Of a DNA stretch of 64,000 nucleotides, positions 14,002-28,044 are shown piece after piece. The number at the start of each line of letters is the position of its first letter. Positions within the stretch are counted from its first letter, which is position 1. The position numbers and the translations under genes are program-made. The stretch spans positions 50,902,001-50,966,000 of the forward strand of contig NC_043008.1 of the NCBI RefSeq assembly GCF_006345805.1, read 5' to 3'. Under the pieces are notes generated by a model that was not told the origin of the DNA, did not search any database, and saw nothing but the letters and a program-made list of their open reading frames with translations. Origin of the DNA: Octopus sinensis (taxonomy: Eukaryota).

Positions 14002-14043
<42 letters not shown>

Positions 14044-17000
14044 ACATATATGTAACGGGCTTCTTTCAATTTCCGTCTACCAAATCCACTCACAAGGCTT
14101 TGGTCGGCCTGAGGCTATAGTAGAAGACACTTGCCCAAGGTGCCACGCAGTGGGACTGAACCCAGAACACTGCACGTTATATCAGTATCATCTCCATCAG
14201 GGATTAAACAACTACAATGTCCCTTAGACGGGAAAAGGTTCAGGGGTTTAGTATTATTCAGGGAAGGAAAAGAAAATCGTGGTGTTTGTAATTTTTCATC
14301 TTTTGTGTCTTAATTGTTTCAGCCATTGGACCATGGCCACGTCAGGGCACTGCTTTGATGGGTTTTCATCTAACAAATCAACCCCAGTACATTTATATAA
14401 GCCTGGTACTTGACCTGTCGGTGTCTTTTACCTAACCTCTAAGTTATGGGGATGTAAACAAACCAATACCGGTTGTCACGCAGTAGTGGGGTTGGGGCAA
14501 ACACAGACGCACACGTATATCTAGACGACGGGCTTCTTTCAGTTTCAGTCTACCATATCTGCTCAGAAAGCTTTGATCGGCCCGGGGCTGTAGTAGAAAT
14601 CACTTGCCCAAGGTGCCGCGCTCTGGGACTGAACTCGGAAACATACGGTTAGGCAGCAAGCTTCTAAGCCATGTAATTTAGCCACGCCTGCGCCTCGTGT
14701 GTGTGTCACTAGGCGCTCAAGAATTGGTCTTTTGTTTAGAGTTACGTCCCTTGCGATGCTACAAGGGAGGTAACCTAACATCGTATGATTGCAATTAATA
14801 GAAGCTTCGTAGACTTTGGCATCGCTGATCGCAGTCGCACACCCGGTGACTTTGTCGTGGTTGGTGCGAGTAAAATTTTGACTCCAAATAGTAAACGATT
14901 AAATGAAGTTAACTGCTCTGTGTGTTTTTGAAGGGCCAGTGTGTGTGTCTTCTATTCTGAAATTGCTTTAGCTTCAACACATGATCTCGGAGCAAATCCT
15001 TTATCAGATAAATATGTTACACACACACACACACACACACACGTGTGCGTGTGTGTGTGTGTATGTATGTGTATGACACCATCCTATATTTTTCTCAGTT
15101 TTTTAAAAATCCCAGCTGAACATTTTCCCTTTTCTTTTTTCAACCTCGCAAGATGTAATTTGAGAAAAACTGAACTGCTATTTCTAGCATGTTGCACCAC
15201 CACGAACATAATTTTTCTTGTTGGATTATGATCCATTTATTCTGTGATTATTTCAAAAAACATTCCTTTTAGCTTCAAATTCGTTCATTTACTTTTACAT
15301 CCATTCTTTTCTACTTCTATTTTTCCATGCCAGCATGGGTTTGACAAATATTTTACTGAGGCATTGTTCTACTGTTGGATTGCCGTCCTGTCACCAACCC
15401 TTACCTGTTTGTCACATAAGGGATCTCTCCAAGTCAATCTCCTCCTCTGCATTGAGAGGTCTCACCTCCAGTACTACAGACATCATCATTTAGTGTCCTC
15501 ATTCCCTGTTGCCTTGGGTTAAATGGTTTAACTGGAACTGGTAAGCCAGAGAGCCGAACTGAGTTCCAGTCTGATCTTGGTCTGCTTTCTACCACTGGAT
15601 GCCCTTCCTAATGCCAACCACTCCAAGAGTGTAGTGGGTGCCTTTTATGTGTCAACTGCATGGGTGCTAAAAAAATGTCACAAGAGGGAAGAGTACCAAG
15701 GGTAGAACAAGATGGTTGGATATTATCCATAATCTGTGTCAGTCAAGCTTAGAAATCCAACTAGAGAGTGTAATAGCAGTTGCTTGTGATAGGGTCCTCT
15801 GGAGGAGGCCCCTGGGGACTCTACCCACTCAACCCTCCTAGGAATAATGGGTGGAGTAAATGGATGGATGGATCTCTTATTCCACAAAGTTTCAGTGCCA
15901 TGGAGTAAGTCGTTGACAGGAGAAGTGCTTACACCAACATCACTCAAATAAGTGAGTCCAGATGTGATCACCCACACATAGAAAATCTGCTTCAGTGTAC
16001 TCTACCCAACCCATGCCAGCATGGAAAACTAGATGCTAAATTGATAATAATAAAGATGATGATGATATATATCTTTCACCTTTTACCTGTTTCAGTCATT
16101 TGACTGTGGCCATGCTGGGGCATTGCCTTGACGTATTTCAGTCTAACAAATCGACCCCAGGATTTATTCTTTAAAGCCTGGTACTTATTCTGTTGGTTCC
16201 TTTTGCCAAACTGCTAAGTTATAGGGACATAAACACACCAACACCGGTTGTCAAGCGCCTGTGGGGGACAAACATACACACACACATAAATATATATGGC
16301 AGGCTTCTTTCAGTTTCTGTCTACCAAATCCACTCACAAGGTTATGGTTGAAGACACTTGTCCAAGGTGCCATGATGTGGGACTGAACCCCAAACCATAT
16401 AGTGGGGAAGCAAGTCTCTTACCTCACAGCCATGCATATATACCTGTGTATTTCTCTTTTCAGTGTTTGGTTAACAAAAACTAAACTGCAATTAACAAAC
16501 TATGAAGTGAGACCATTCCGCAAAGAATGGGTAAAAGACAAAATCAAAGTACATTCGGGGAGAAAGGAACTCTCTAACCCAGTGAGTATGAAAAACCATT
16601 TTATTTTTTGATTTTTTTCTGATATTTTTTTTTAAATGTCTTTGTTTTGGATTTTTGAGGTAATTCTATTCAATTATCTTAATACATATATATACACACA
16701 CACACACACACGTTTTATTTCTTCATTGCCCACAAGGGGCTAGATATAGAAGAGACAAACAAGGACAGACAAAGGGATTGAGTCAATTATATTGACCTCA
16801 GTGCGTAACTGGTACTTATTTAATCGACCCAGAAAGGATGAAAGGCAAAGTCGACCTCAGCAGAATTTGAACTCAGAATTTAGTGGCAGACGAAATACCT
16901 ATTTCTTTACTACCCACAAGGGGCTAAACACAGAGAGGACAAACAAGGACAGACAAACGGATTAAGTCGATTATATCGACCCCAGTGCATAACTGGTACT

Positions 17001-18932
17001 TATTTAATCGACCCCGAAAGGATGAAAGGCAAAGTCGACCTTGGCAGAATTTGAACTCAGAGTGTAGTGGCAGACGAAATACAGCTAAGCATTTCGTCTG
17101 GCGTGCTAACAATTTGGCCAGCTCACCGCCTTAAACACACACACGTTTGGTGGTCTGCTGCACAGTTTCAATCTACCAAATGCCATTCACAAAACCTGAG
17201 TTGAGATGTCTCCGAATACCTGGCAACAGACCAGTACCAGGCAGTGAATTATTTGGCACCGGGCCACTCAGAAAGAATAAATTTTAAAATTTCATTTCCA
17301 TTTTATTAACTGTCACACTCTACAGGTTGTTTTTGCATTAAGCATGTCGGGTATATGCAATCTATATGTATGTATTACATCCAGAAAAGTTCTAACAACC
17401 ATTAGTTGAAATTGAAATCAAATTCGATGACTGGCATCCATGCTAGTGGAGTGCTAAGAGCACCATCCGAGCATGATCGTTGTCAGGGCTGCTGACTGGC
17501 TCCCGTGCCAGTGGCATGTAAAAAGCACCATTCGAGCATCATTGTTCCCAGCGTCACCTTACTCGCACTTGTGCAAGTGGTACGTGAAAAACAATATTCA
17601 AGCAAGGTCGTTGCCAGTGCTGTCGGACTGGCTCCTGTGCAGTTGGCACGTAAAAAGCACCATTCGAGTGTGGCTGTTGCCAGTACTGCCTGACTGGCTC
17701 TGGTGCTGGTGGTATGTAAAAGCACCCACTACACTCTCAAAGTGGTTGGCGTTAGGAAGGGAATCCAGCTGTAGAAACTCTGCCAGATCAAGATTTGGAG
17801 CCTTGTGCAGCCATCTGGCTTGCCAGTCCTCAGTCAAACCGTTCAACCCATGGCAGCATGGAAAGCAGACGTTAAACGATGATGATGATGATGTACTTCA
17901 TTGTGATTTGTTATGTATGTGATCCTGTCTTCTGTGGAAAAATTGTCTGGCATAAGACCAGTCCATGGTGCAAAAAATGTTGATAATTGCTGTTCTAGAT
18001 TACATTAATTAATCTAAGATTCTTACCCAAAGTATTGTCACTTATTATCTCGACAGATTTTATATAGAAGTTATAGCCATATTCAATAATGTTACACCAC
18101 TATAATCAGTGGACCTGGCTGAAACCGGCTCTGGCTCTGAGTACAAATGTCTTGTTTTCATAAGTTTTGAATTAAAATCTTCCACCAAACCTTAGTCACA
18201 ATTTATGTTCCCAACACTAGCTGAATGATAATTAAGTTATTTTACTAAATTCCTTGTTATATTTAAAATTAATTGAAAGAAACACAGAGCATCTCAAAAT
18301 AAATACAGTAAGGAAAGGGTTAAAGCAATGTGTTTGGAGGAGCAAAAACTCCTGAAATATGGAGTATACGCCTTTAATCCATTTTCCATCTTTGATCTTG
18401 TTTACATCTGGCATCTCAGATATGAAACATCGTAACAAAATCAGTGTTGGCTATAATTTCTATAGAAAATCTGTAATGACTGATGTAAGAGCACTGCTAA
18501 CACAGTAGAACGCAGTATTGACTTATATGAACATGTAATATACTCTGTAGTGTATTACAATTGCACAATGAAATACAGTGTCCCCACAGGTCATTAATAT
18601 CCACAAGTATTGTGATGTGATTTGAAACTATTTGGTTACATAACCTACTCAATCACTTGATAGTTATTTAGAAATGAATATTGAATTTAATTATTGATTA
18701 CTTGTGATTCCAATTGATAGTTTGTTATATTTTGGTAAACATTTCTCTGATCTTTGTCAGTTTGATACGAATGCATTTGTCCAGTGATTGACTGTTTTTA
18801 TCTTTTTAAAATTTTCAGCTCAATTATGCCCGGTTCTACCTGCCAAAACTGTTTCCGAATTTGAAGAAGCGTGTTATTTATATAGATAGTGATTGCATTG
18901 TACAAGGTAAGATCTCTCTCTCTCTCTCTCTG

Positions 18933-18998
<66 letters not shown>

Positions 18999-19800
18999 TA
19001 TATATATATATATCTGTGTGTGTCTATGTAAGGTGGTTGGAAGGGCACCCAGCTATAATACCCCTATAATACCAAAACAGATAATGCAACCTGGTGCAGT
19101 CTTTTGCATAGCCAGCCCCTGTCAAACCGTCCAGCCCATACCAGCATGGAAAATGGACATTAAATGATGATCATGATGAGAACGATGATATATCTATTTT
19201 TATATATATTAGGTTGTCCCAAAAGTTCGTAAACACTTGCGAAAATTGAATTTTTACTCGCCAAGTACTAACAAAAACAACAAAAATTATTCCTCAAAAT
19301 AAAGACCATTATTTTCCAAGACTTTCTACGAACTTTTGGGACAACCTTATATATATATATGTATATATATATATATAGGTATGTGTGTACGTATATATAT
19401 ATATATGAAAATTTTTTTTTTCCATAATGAGATAAAAAGCCAAGGGTGTGTAGATTCTAGAACATTTATAAATAGAAGGTCTTACAGCTGTTTCTAGGAT
19501 ATTTATTATATCCCTTCATCGGAGATGGTATGAGAAGTTGGTTAAGCAATAGTTAATTTAGATAGCACTTATTCAGCATTACCTGACACATTTGGGTCTC
19601 ACTGGCACCTTTACCTCTCATAACCAATCTCTTTCTCTCTCTCTCTTTCTTTTGCCACAACTTTCTCTCAATCTTTCTTCTGTTGGCCTGCTCGCTTAAC
19701 CAGCAGGGTGGCATCATTTGAAAGCTAAAATAATGCGAAGTGCATTGTGATCAGCGATGCGGAGCAACATCTGATAGCCTGGTCAGTCACGGTGATCACA

Positions 19801-19831
<31 letters not shown>

Positions 19832-20947
19832 CTGTATATATATATCTGTATATATATAAGGCAAGATGTGTGTGTGTATGTGATTGTAGTTTATGCACAT
19901 CCACAAATTAGCATGCATGTTGCTCAAATTTTAGGAGGACATTCGTCAACATCCTATCTGGGTTTTATCAACTTATTTTTTTCCCAAGGCACTCGCGGAT
20001 AGCGGTAAAAATCTATTTTCAGCCATAGCTTTTTGACGGCGTCTAACAAAAAAAACAAACAAGATAAAGAAAAGTGGAAGAGAGTTTCACGGCTTCTAAA
20101 TAAAAATAAGGGAGAGACAAAGTGAGAGAGAGAGAGAGAGTAAGTGACAACGTTCATAACATATAAAATGTAAAACTGAAAGAAGCCTGTCGTATATATA
20201 TGTATGTGTTTGTGTATCAGTGTTTGTTCCTCTGACATCGCCTGACAGCCGATGCTGGTGTGTTACGTCCCCGTAACTTAGAGGTTTGGCAAAAGACTGA
20301 TAGAATAAGTACTAGGCTTACAAAAAATAAGTCCTGGGATTAGATTTCCTCATCTAGAGGTGGTGCTCCAGCGTGGCCACAATCAAATGACAAAGAAGTA
20401 AAAGAGTATGTATATATGTGTGTGTGTGTCTTTGTGCTTTAAGTTCACATAAGTATATATCTATATAAATATGTAAAGATGTACAGGTGTCAATTCATTT
20501 AATTAATTAATGACACCTGTACGTGTTTGTTACTTATTTATAGTCTGCACTTCAGAAATACTATAGAGAGTACCTTTATATAAAAAGTACATGACTGAAT
20601 TATCAAGAGTGGACATGTTCACTTAGTTGAGATGTATGGTCTATACCAAACTAGCAAGGGACCTCAATTTAAGTACTTAATTAAAATTATTGTGTGGTGT
20701 TATATAAATTCACTGACTCGAATTTGATGTTGTTCTCTAACCAATGTTTATATATATGTGTCCTCGTGAGTACCACTGGCGATTTTTTTTCCTCTGTCTT
20801 CCCTTCTCGGGATCTTTCCTTCACCTATGTTTCCGACGAAGAGCTCCGCTCGAAACGTTAAACCCTCCTTCTTTCCTGAGCGTCCAATAATACTTTATTT
20901 GTTCCCCGTCCTTGTGTTGTTGTGTTTTTTTGTTTTCTTGTTTGGAT

Positions 20948-21003
<56 letters not shown>

Positions 21004-21042
21004 ATATACATACATACATACATACATACATACATACATACA

Positions 21043-21088
<46 letters not shown>

Positions 21089-22140
21089 CTTGGTTGGAAA
21101 ACTTAGCATCTGTAGCTATGAGTAGCTGATTTCTCCTTTTTTTTTGTCCTTTTATTCATTCCATTATTCATTCATTTCTCTTCCATTTCTCATCCATAAA
21201 TTCCTTCTTCATTCATTTTTGTTTCTTTTCTCCCTTTTCTCCCCTCTTCCATATTTCCTTTCTTGTTTCCTTTCCAAATTCTGCGTTTTTGCTCTCTTTT
21301 AAGTCACTTCAGGAAACTACCTTGATTACCTCCCTTGCACTCATAGAGAAACTCTGAAACCTCTTCCCCCTCCCCCCAACCTCCTTTAGCAATTTTCTTG
21401 GTCGCAGATTTTTTTTTTTTTTTTAAATTTGAGCTCGTATATTTTCGCACTACTTCTCCTGCTATTACTCTCCATACCCAAAAGCAACATCATTATGTTC
21501 TTTTATAATAATAATAATAATAATGATATTAATTAGCCTTTCTATTAAAGGCACAAGGCCTGGAATTTGGGGAAAGGGGACTAGTTGAACACATCGACCC
21601 CGGTGTTTTACTGGTACTTAGTTTATTAACTCTGAAAGGATAGAAGGCAAGGTCGACCTTGTTGGAATTTGAACTCAGAACGTAATGACGGGCAAAATAC
21701 CGCCAAGCATCTTGGCTGGCATGCTAACGATTCTGCCAGCTCGCTTCCTTTATAATCATCATCATCATCGTTTAACGTCCGTTTTCCATGCTAGCATGGG
21801 TTGGACGGTTCGGCCGGGATCTGGGAAGCCAGGAGGCTGCACCAGGCTCCAGTCTGATCTGGCAGTGTTTCTACAGCTGGATGCCCTTCCTAATGCCAAC
21901 CACTCCATAATAATAATAATAATAATTCTTTCTACTAAAGGCAGAGGGCCTGAAATTCGGAAGGAGAGGACCAGTTGATTGTATCAACTCTAGTGTTTCA
22001 CTGGTACATAATTTATTGACCCTGAAACGATGAAAAGCAAAGTTGACCTTGACGGAATTTGAACTCAAAACGTAAAGACAGACGAAGTACCTTTAAGCAT
22101 TTTCTCTGGAGTACTAACAATACTACCAGCTCACCACCTG

Positions 22141-22173
<33 letters not shown>

Positions 22174-24927
22174 CCTTTCTACTATAAGCACAAGGTGTGA
22201 AATTTTATGGGGAAGGACTGGCCTGGTGCAGCCTTCGGGCTCCCCAGACCCCAGTTGAACCGTCCAACCCATGCCAGCATGGAAAGCGGACGCTAAATGA
22301 ATGATGATGATGAAGTCAAGACAAGGAGATGGTGACACACATTCGCACGTGCACAGACACAAATATGTAATCAAATTGTATTCTGTATTTTCAGGCGATA
22401 TTCATCAGCTGTATTCTATGAAGTTAAAACCAGGCCACATTGCTGCTTTTTCTGAGGATTGCTCGGGTATTTCAAAGAGACTTACTCTGCTAAAGGTTTG
22501 TTTCCATTTAATGTCAACTTTTGTGAACAAATTTGTGCCATTGAAATTTATTAGTCAGAGAAGGAAAGTGCAGCCCCCTCACTCTCGCCCCTGTATATGG
22601 GGCCTCCAGGTTAGGAAGAACAAGAAATGTTCTAATGGATCTACCTGTATGCATGTATTAACACATTCCACATCTGTGCCAGCCGCCTTATGCCAGCGGC
22701 CTTATGCCAGCGCCGCCTTGACTGGCTTCCGTACCGGTGGCACGTAAAAAGCACCAATCCGATCGTGGCCGTTGCCAGCCTCACTTGGCATATAAAAAGC
22801 AGCCACTACACTCATGGAGTGGTTGGCATTAGATAGGGCATCCAGCTGTAGAAACACTGCCAGATCAGACTGGAGATTGGGGCAGCCAGCTGGCTTCCCA
22901 GATCCTGGTCAAACTGTCCAACCTATGCTAGCATGGAAAACGGACATTAAATGATGATGATAATGATGATATCATTACGCTTGGATACTGTGAATGTTTT
23001 ATCCGGTTTGTTCATGCTGAATTTTGCCTTTGTTAATAGGTTCTTTAGGTTATGTGGTTGCCTTTTGCTTAAGATAAGTGTCTAATTAGTTATGTTTTTT
23101 AATTTTTATCACCTTGTTTCATGATTGGCAAATTTGTTTTGATGATGTTAAAAATGTTCTGGTGATGCGGATTGTGTGTTACTAGGAATGGTATTGTGTT
23201 CCGTTGATGGGTTCATCTTTCTTGTGTTGCCTTAAGTTGTTCTATGGGTATCTCTTTTGCTTGTTGTATGCTATTTTTTACAAGTAGGAGAAGGTATTTT
23301 TGCTTGAGCAGAAATGCTTTGAGTCTTATAATTCATATGTTCCTGTAGTACAAATTTTCCTGGCTAGGCAGTATGGGATGTTGCGTTTTGTGTGTGTTGG
23401 GTAGCATGATTTGAAGTTTAGGTACTGGTGTGTATCTGTGCTTTTGTAATAAATATCAGTTGTGATTGTGGTGTTGTTTTTAATTACCATTATGTCAAGA
23501 AATAAACTGAAATAAACTCGACTGCTCTCACAAACAAGAATAATAAAAATGAACCCGACTGCTCTCAAAAATTAAGTAAAAAAATAGGTAAAATAATTCA
23601 GAATCCTTGTCCGGTATTGGATCAATCCCAAAATTTAATCAGTTTGTGCCAGTCACAGGCCAAACATCCTCAAAAGTTTCATCTGAATCCATCCAGCAGT
23701 TCTTGAGATATCTCGTCCACAGACAAACAAACAAACACAACTGAAAACAATACCTCCACCTTCACTAAGGCGGAGGTACTACTACTACTACTACTAATAC
23801 TACTCATCATCATCATCATCATCATCATCATATGTTTATATATTTGTTTTGCAAAATTTTTGATGTGAAATTGTGTGTTGAAAGAAGAAAGCAAAGGACC
23901 ACTGATGAGGTCACAGGAGTGTGACGAAAGATCTCTGGCCGAAATAAGATTAAGATTAATGTTAAAAATGAATAACACTGAAGCAAAGTAACACCAAATA
24001 TATAGTGCGTGTGTTTTTATTGGCTGAACTAGCAAAATGACCATTTCCTAAATACAACAATAATAATAATAATAATAATAATGTTTTTTTGTCTTTTTGT
24101 AGAACAATTATGTTGAATACATTGACTTCAAGAACAAACATATACAGAAGCTTCACCTAAACCCCAAAGCCTGTTCGTTCAACACTGGACTAATGGTGAC
24201 AGAACTGGGGCTTTGGAAGAAGAACAACATTACTGCACGGCTAGTGTACTGGATGACCCTCAACACTAAGTAGGTATTCTTGGAGTGTGTGTGTATATAT
24301 ATTCTTTTATTCTTGTATTTGTTTCATTCATTTGACTGTGGCCATGCTGGAGTGCCGCCTTTAATCGAGCAAATCGACCCCAAGACTTGTTCTTTATAAG
24401 CCTAGTACTTATTCTATCGGTCTCTTTTGCTGAACTGCTAGGTTACAGGGATGTAAACACACCAGCATCGGTTGTCAAGTGATGTTGGGGGGACAAACAC
24501 ACACACACACATATATATACATACATATGACGGGCTTCTTTCAGTTTCTGTCTACCAAATCCACTCACAAGGCTTTGGTTGGCCCGAGGTTATAGTAGAA
24601 GACACTTGCCCAAGGTGCCATGCAGTGGGACTGAACCTGGAACCATGTGGTTGGTAAGCAAGTGACTTACCACTCAGCCATGCTTGCATCTGTCAGTCTG
24701 TAAATGGTATAAAAAGTATGGTCCCTGTGCAAACTCTAATGATTTGAAGTGCAAGAGAAAATCTGTTGGTTTGTTCACATCCCCATAACTTAGCAGTTTG
24801 GTAAAAGGGACTGCTATAATATCTACCAAAGTTAAACTAAGTCCTGGGGTTTAGTTTGTTTGACTAACACAACAAAGTATTGAACCAGCATGGCTGCAAT
24901 CCAGGGACTGAGACAAGTAAAGAAATA

Positions 24928-24960
<33 letters not shown>

Positions 24961-27900
24961 GTACGTGTGCATGTGTATGGCCACATGTGTGTATCTATTT
25001 GTGTGTATGCAATATATTTATATGAGTGAGTGTGTATGTTTTGGATAATGTTTGTTAGTGTGTGTGTGTGTGTGTGTGCACATATATATTATCATCGTCG
25101 TTTAACATCCACTTTCCATGCTGGCATGGGTTGGACAGTTTGTCCGAGGACTGGTGAGCCAGAAGGCTGCACCAGGCTCCAATCCGATCTGGCAGAGTTT
25201 CTACAGCTGGATGCCCTTCCTAACACCAACCACTCCCAGAGTGTAGTGGGTGTTTTTATGTGCCACCAGCATGAGGGCCTGCCTGTGGCGGTTCTGGCAA
25301 AGACCCTGCTCAAAAGGTGTTTTTTATGTGCTACGTGCATGGGAGCCAGTCCAGTGGCACTGGCAATGACTACACTCGAATGTTGTTTTTTCACGTGCCA
25401 CCAGCATGTGCTGGTAAGGCGACGCTGGCAATGATCACACGAATGGTGCTTTTTACATGCCACTGGCACAGGAGCCAATCTGTGGCCCTGGCAACGATCA
25501 CGCTCAGATTGCTTAAAACATTCCACTGGCACGAGTACCAATCAGGCGGTACTGCTGTTGGCCACATCAGCGATTTTGATTTGATCAATGGAAATCGATC
25601 AACGGAAATTGCAGATGTGTTACCAGTGCCGGTGGCATGTAAGAGAACCTTCCGTTTCGCGACCGTTGCCAGCCTTGCCTGGCCCTCGTGCCGGTGGCAC
25701 ATAAAAAGCACCATCCGTTCGTGGCCGTTTGCCAGCTCTGTCTGGCACCTGTGCGGGTGGCACGTAAAAAGCACCCACTACACTCACGGAGTGGTTGGCG
25801 TTAGGAAGGGCATCCAGCCGTAGAAACACTGCCAGATTTGACTGGGCCTGATGAAGCCTTCTGGCTTCACAGACCCCAGTAGAACCATCCAACCCATGCT
25901 AGCATGGAAAACGGACACTAAACGATGATGATGATGATGATGAAATTAAGTTTGGTGATGCAGACAACAAAAATGGAATACAAGAAATGAGTGTATGTAT
26001 ATTTCTTTTATGAATATTTAGCAGAATTAACAGAGTGACTCAGGGGCTGAGTGTTTCGTGCATTGACACCTACCAGACTGATAAAGAACAGTACACAAAA
26101 CTATAAAATACTAATCTAATGATCACAGAGAAAAGAAATAAATGTGAAAGAAGAACATTGAGAAAGTTCTACAGTTGGATGTTATAAAGCGAGTAGATGG
26201 AAACTGAGCAGCAGACCATCAAATGCGCATGTGTGTTTAAGGCGGCGAGCTGGCAGAAACGTTAGCATGTCGGGCGAAATGCTTAGCGGTATTTCGTCCG
26301 TCTTTACATTCTCAGTTCAAATTCTGCCGAGGTCGACTTTGCCTTTCATTCTTTTGGGATCGATAAATTAAGTACCAGTTACGCACTGGGGTCGATGTAA
26401 TCGACTTAATCCCTTTGTCTATCCTTGTTTGTCCCCTCTGTGTTTAGCCCATTGTGGGTAGTAATGAAATAGGTATTTCGGCTGCTGTTATGTTGTGAGT
26501 TCAAATTCTGCCGAGGTCGACTTTGCCTTTCATCCTTTCGGGGTCGATAAATTAAGTACCAGTTACACACTGGGGTCGATGTAATCGACTTAATACCTAT
26601 GTCTGTCCTTGTTTGTCCCCTCTGTGTTTAGCCCCTTGTGGGTAGTAATGAAATAGGTATTTCGGCTGCTGTTACGTTGTGAGTTCAAATTCTGCCGAGG
26701 TCGACTTTGCCTTTCATCCTTTCGGGGTCGATAAATTAAGTACCAGTTACGCACTGGGGTCGATGTAATCGACTTAATACCTATGTCTGTCCTTGTTTGT
26801 CCCCTCTGTGTTTAACCCCTTGTGGGTAATAAAAGAAATAGTTATAAAGCGAGCCTGGGTCTGTATGTGTGTGTGTGTGTGTGTGTGAGATAGTTTTTGC
26901 CTTCTGTGTGTCCTCTGTCACAGCTGTCCTTTTGACTAGAAGACAGACTGATGGATCACAGCAGCCTGTTGACCGTCACAGCTGTTCCCTTGATACGTGT
27001 GTGACAGACATAGAACCTACCTACATACGGGAATTGATTTTATAGAACTCAATGAGAAATTTCTAGAACTTTTAATAAACAGCTCTTTGTCGTCCTCACT
27101 CTGCACCTCTTCACATCGAGACAGAGCGGAGGCTTCTGTGTGACCACTCAATATGCTAGAAGTACCAGCTGAATCAACTTTGAATCAGCTGCCTTGAAAA
27201 AAAAAAAAAAAGATATGTTAGTGTGATCCTGGGAGTCTGACCAAATGCCATGCAGCAGTATTTGTTCAGGTCCTTCATGTTTTGTTTTCAAATCCTACTT
27301 AAGGGTCAATGAAATTTAGTGCCATTCAATTTTGAGGTTGATTTCATTACTCTGCCCTCAAAAGACAAAAAAGCAAAAAAATATTACTGGACTTTGTGCT
27401 TAACCCTTTAGCATTTAAACCGGCCAAAAGTATTCTACCTGCTTTATGTTCAAACTGGCCAGATCTGGTCTCTCACACCAACTCTACAATATCATTCTAA
27501 AAATTATTGGCGTTAGGAAGGGCATCCAGCCGTAGAAACACTGCCAGATTTGACTGGGCCTGATGAAGCCTTCTGGCTTCACAGACCCCAGTAGAACCAT
27601 CCAACCCATGCTAGCATGGAAAACGGACGCTAAACGATGATGATGATCTCATCAAAATCTCATAGCTACAAGATAATGCTTGATTAGTTCAAAACAATAT
27701 GGATAAAAAAAGCATTAATTTTGGTAGAATAATGTGAACACTAAAGGGTTGAATAAGAAATGGAATGTTAGAAACCGTTATTATAGTTTATTATTGTATT
27801 TTATTGTTGTATTTTTCTGTTGATAGGGAAGAAGTGTACGGGAATGAGAAAGGAGGAGGTGGATCTCAGCCCCCAATGATGATTGTCTTCTATCAGAACT

Positions 27901-27998
27901 ACACCCACATTGATCCAGAATGGCATATCAGACATCTGGGTAAGTACAAAGCATCTGCAATCAACTGCATTCACAAGGAATTTGCAGGCTGCACAAAA

Positions 27999-28044
<46 letters not shown>

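Noticed and set aside
25848-25870. CTGATGA-AGCC-ttct-GGCT looks like a hammerhead start (also at ~27560)
   Set aside because: No GAAA or stem III follows; it is a variant of CTGGTGCAGCC in the retroposon tail.
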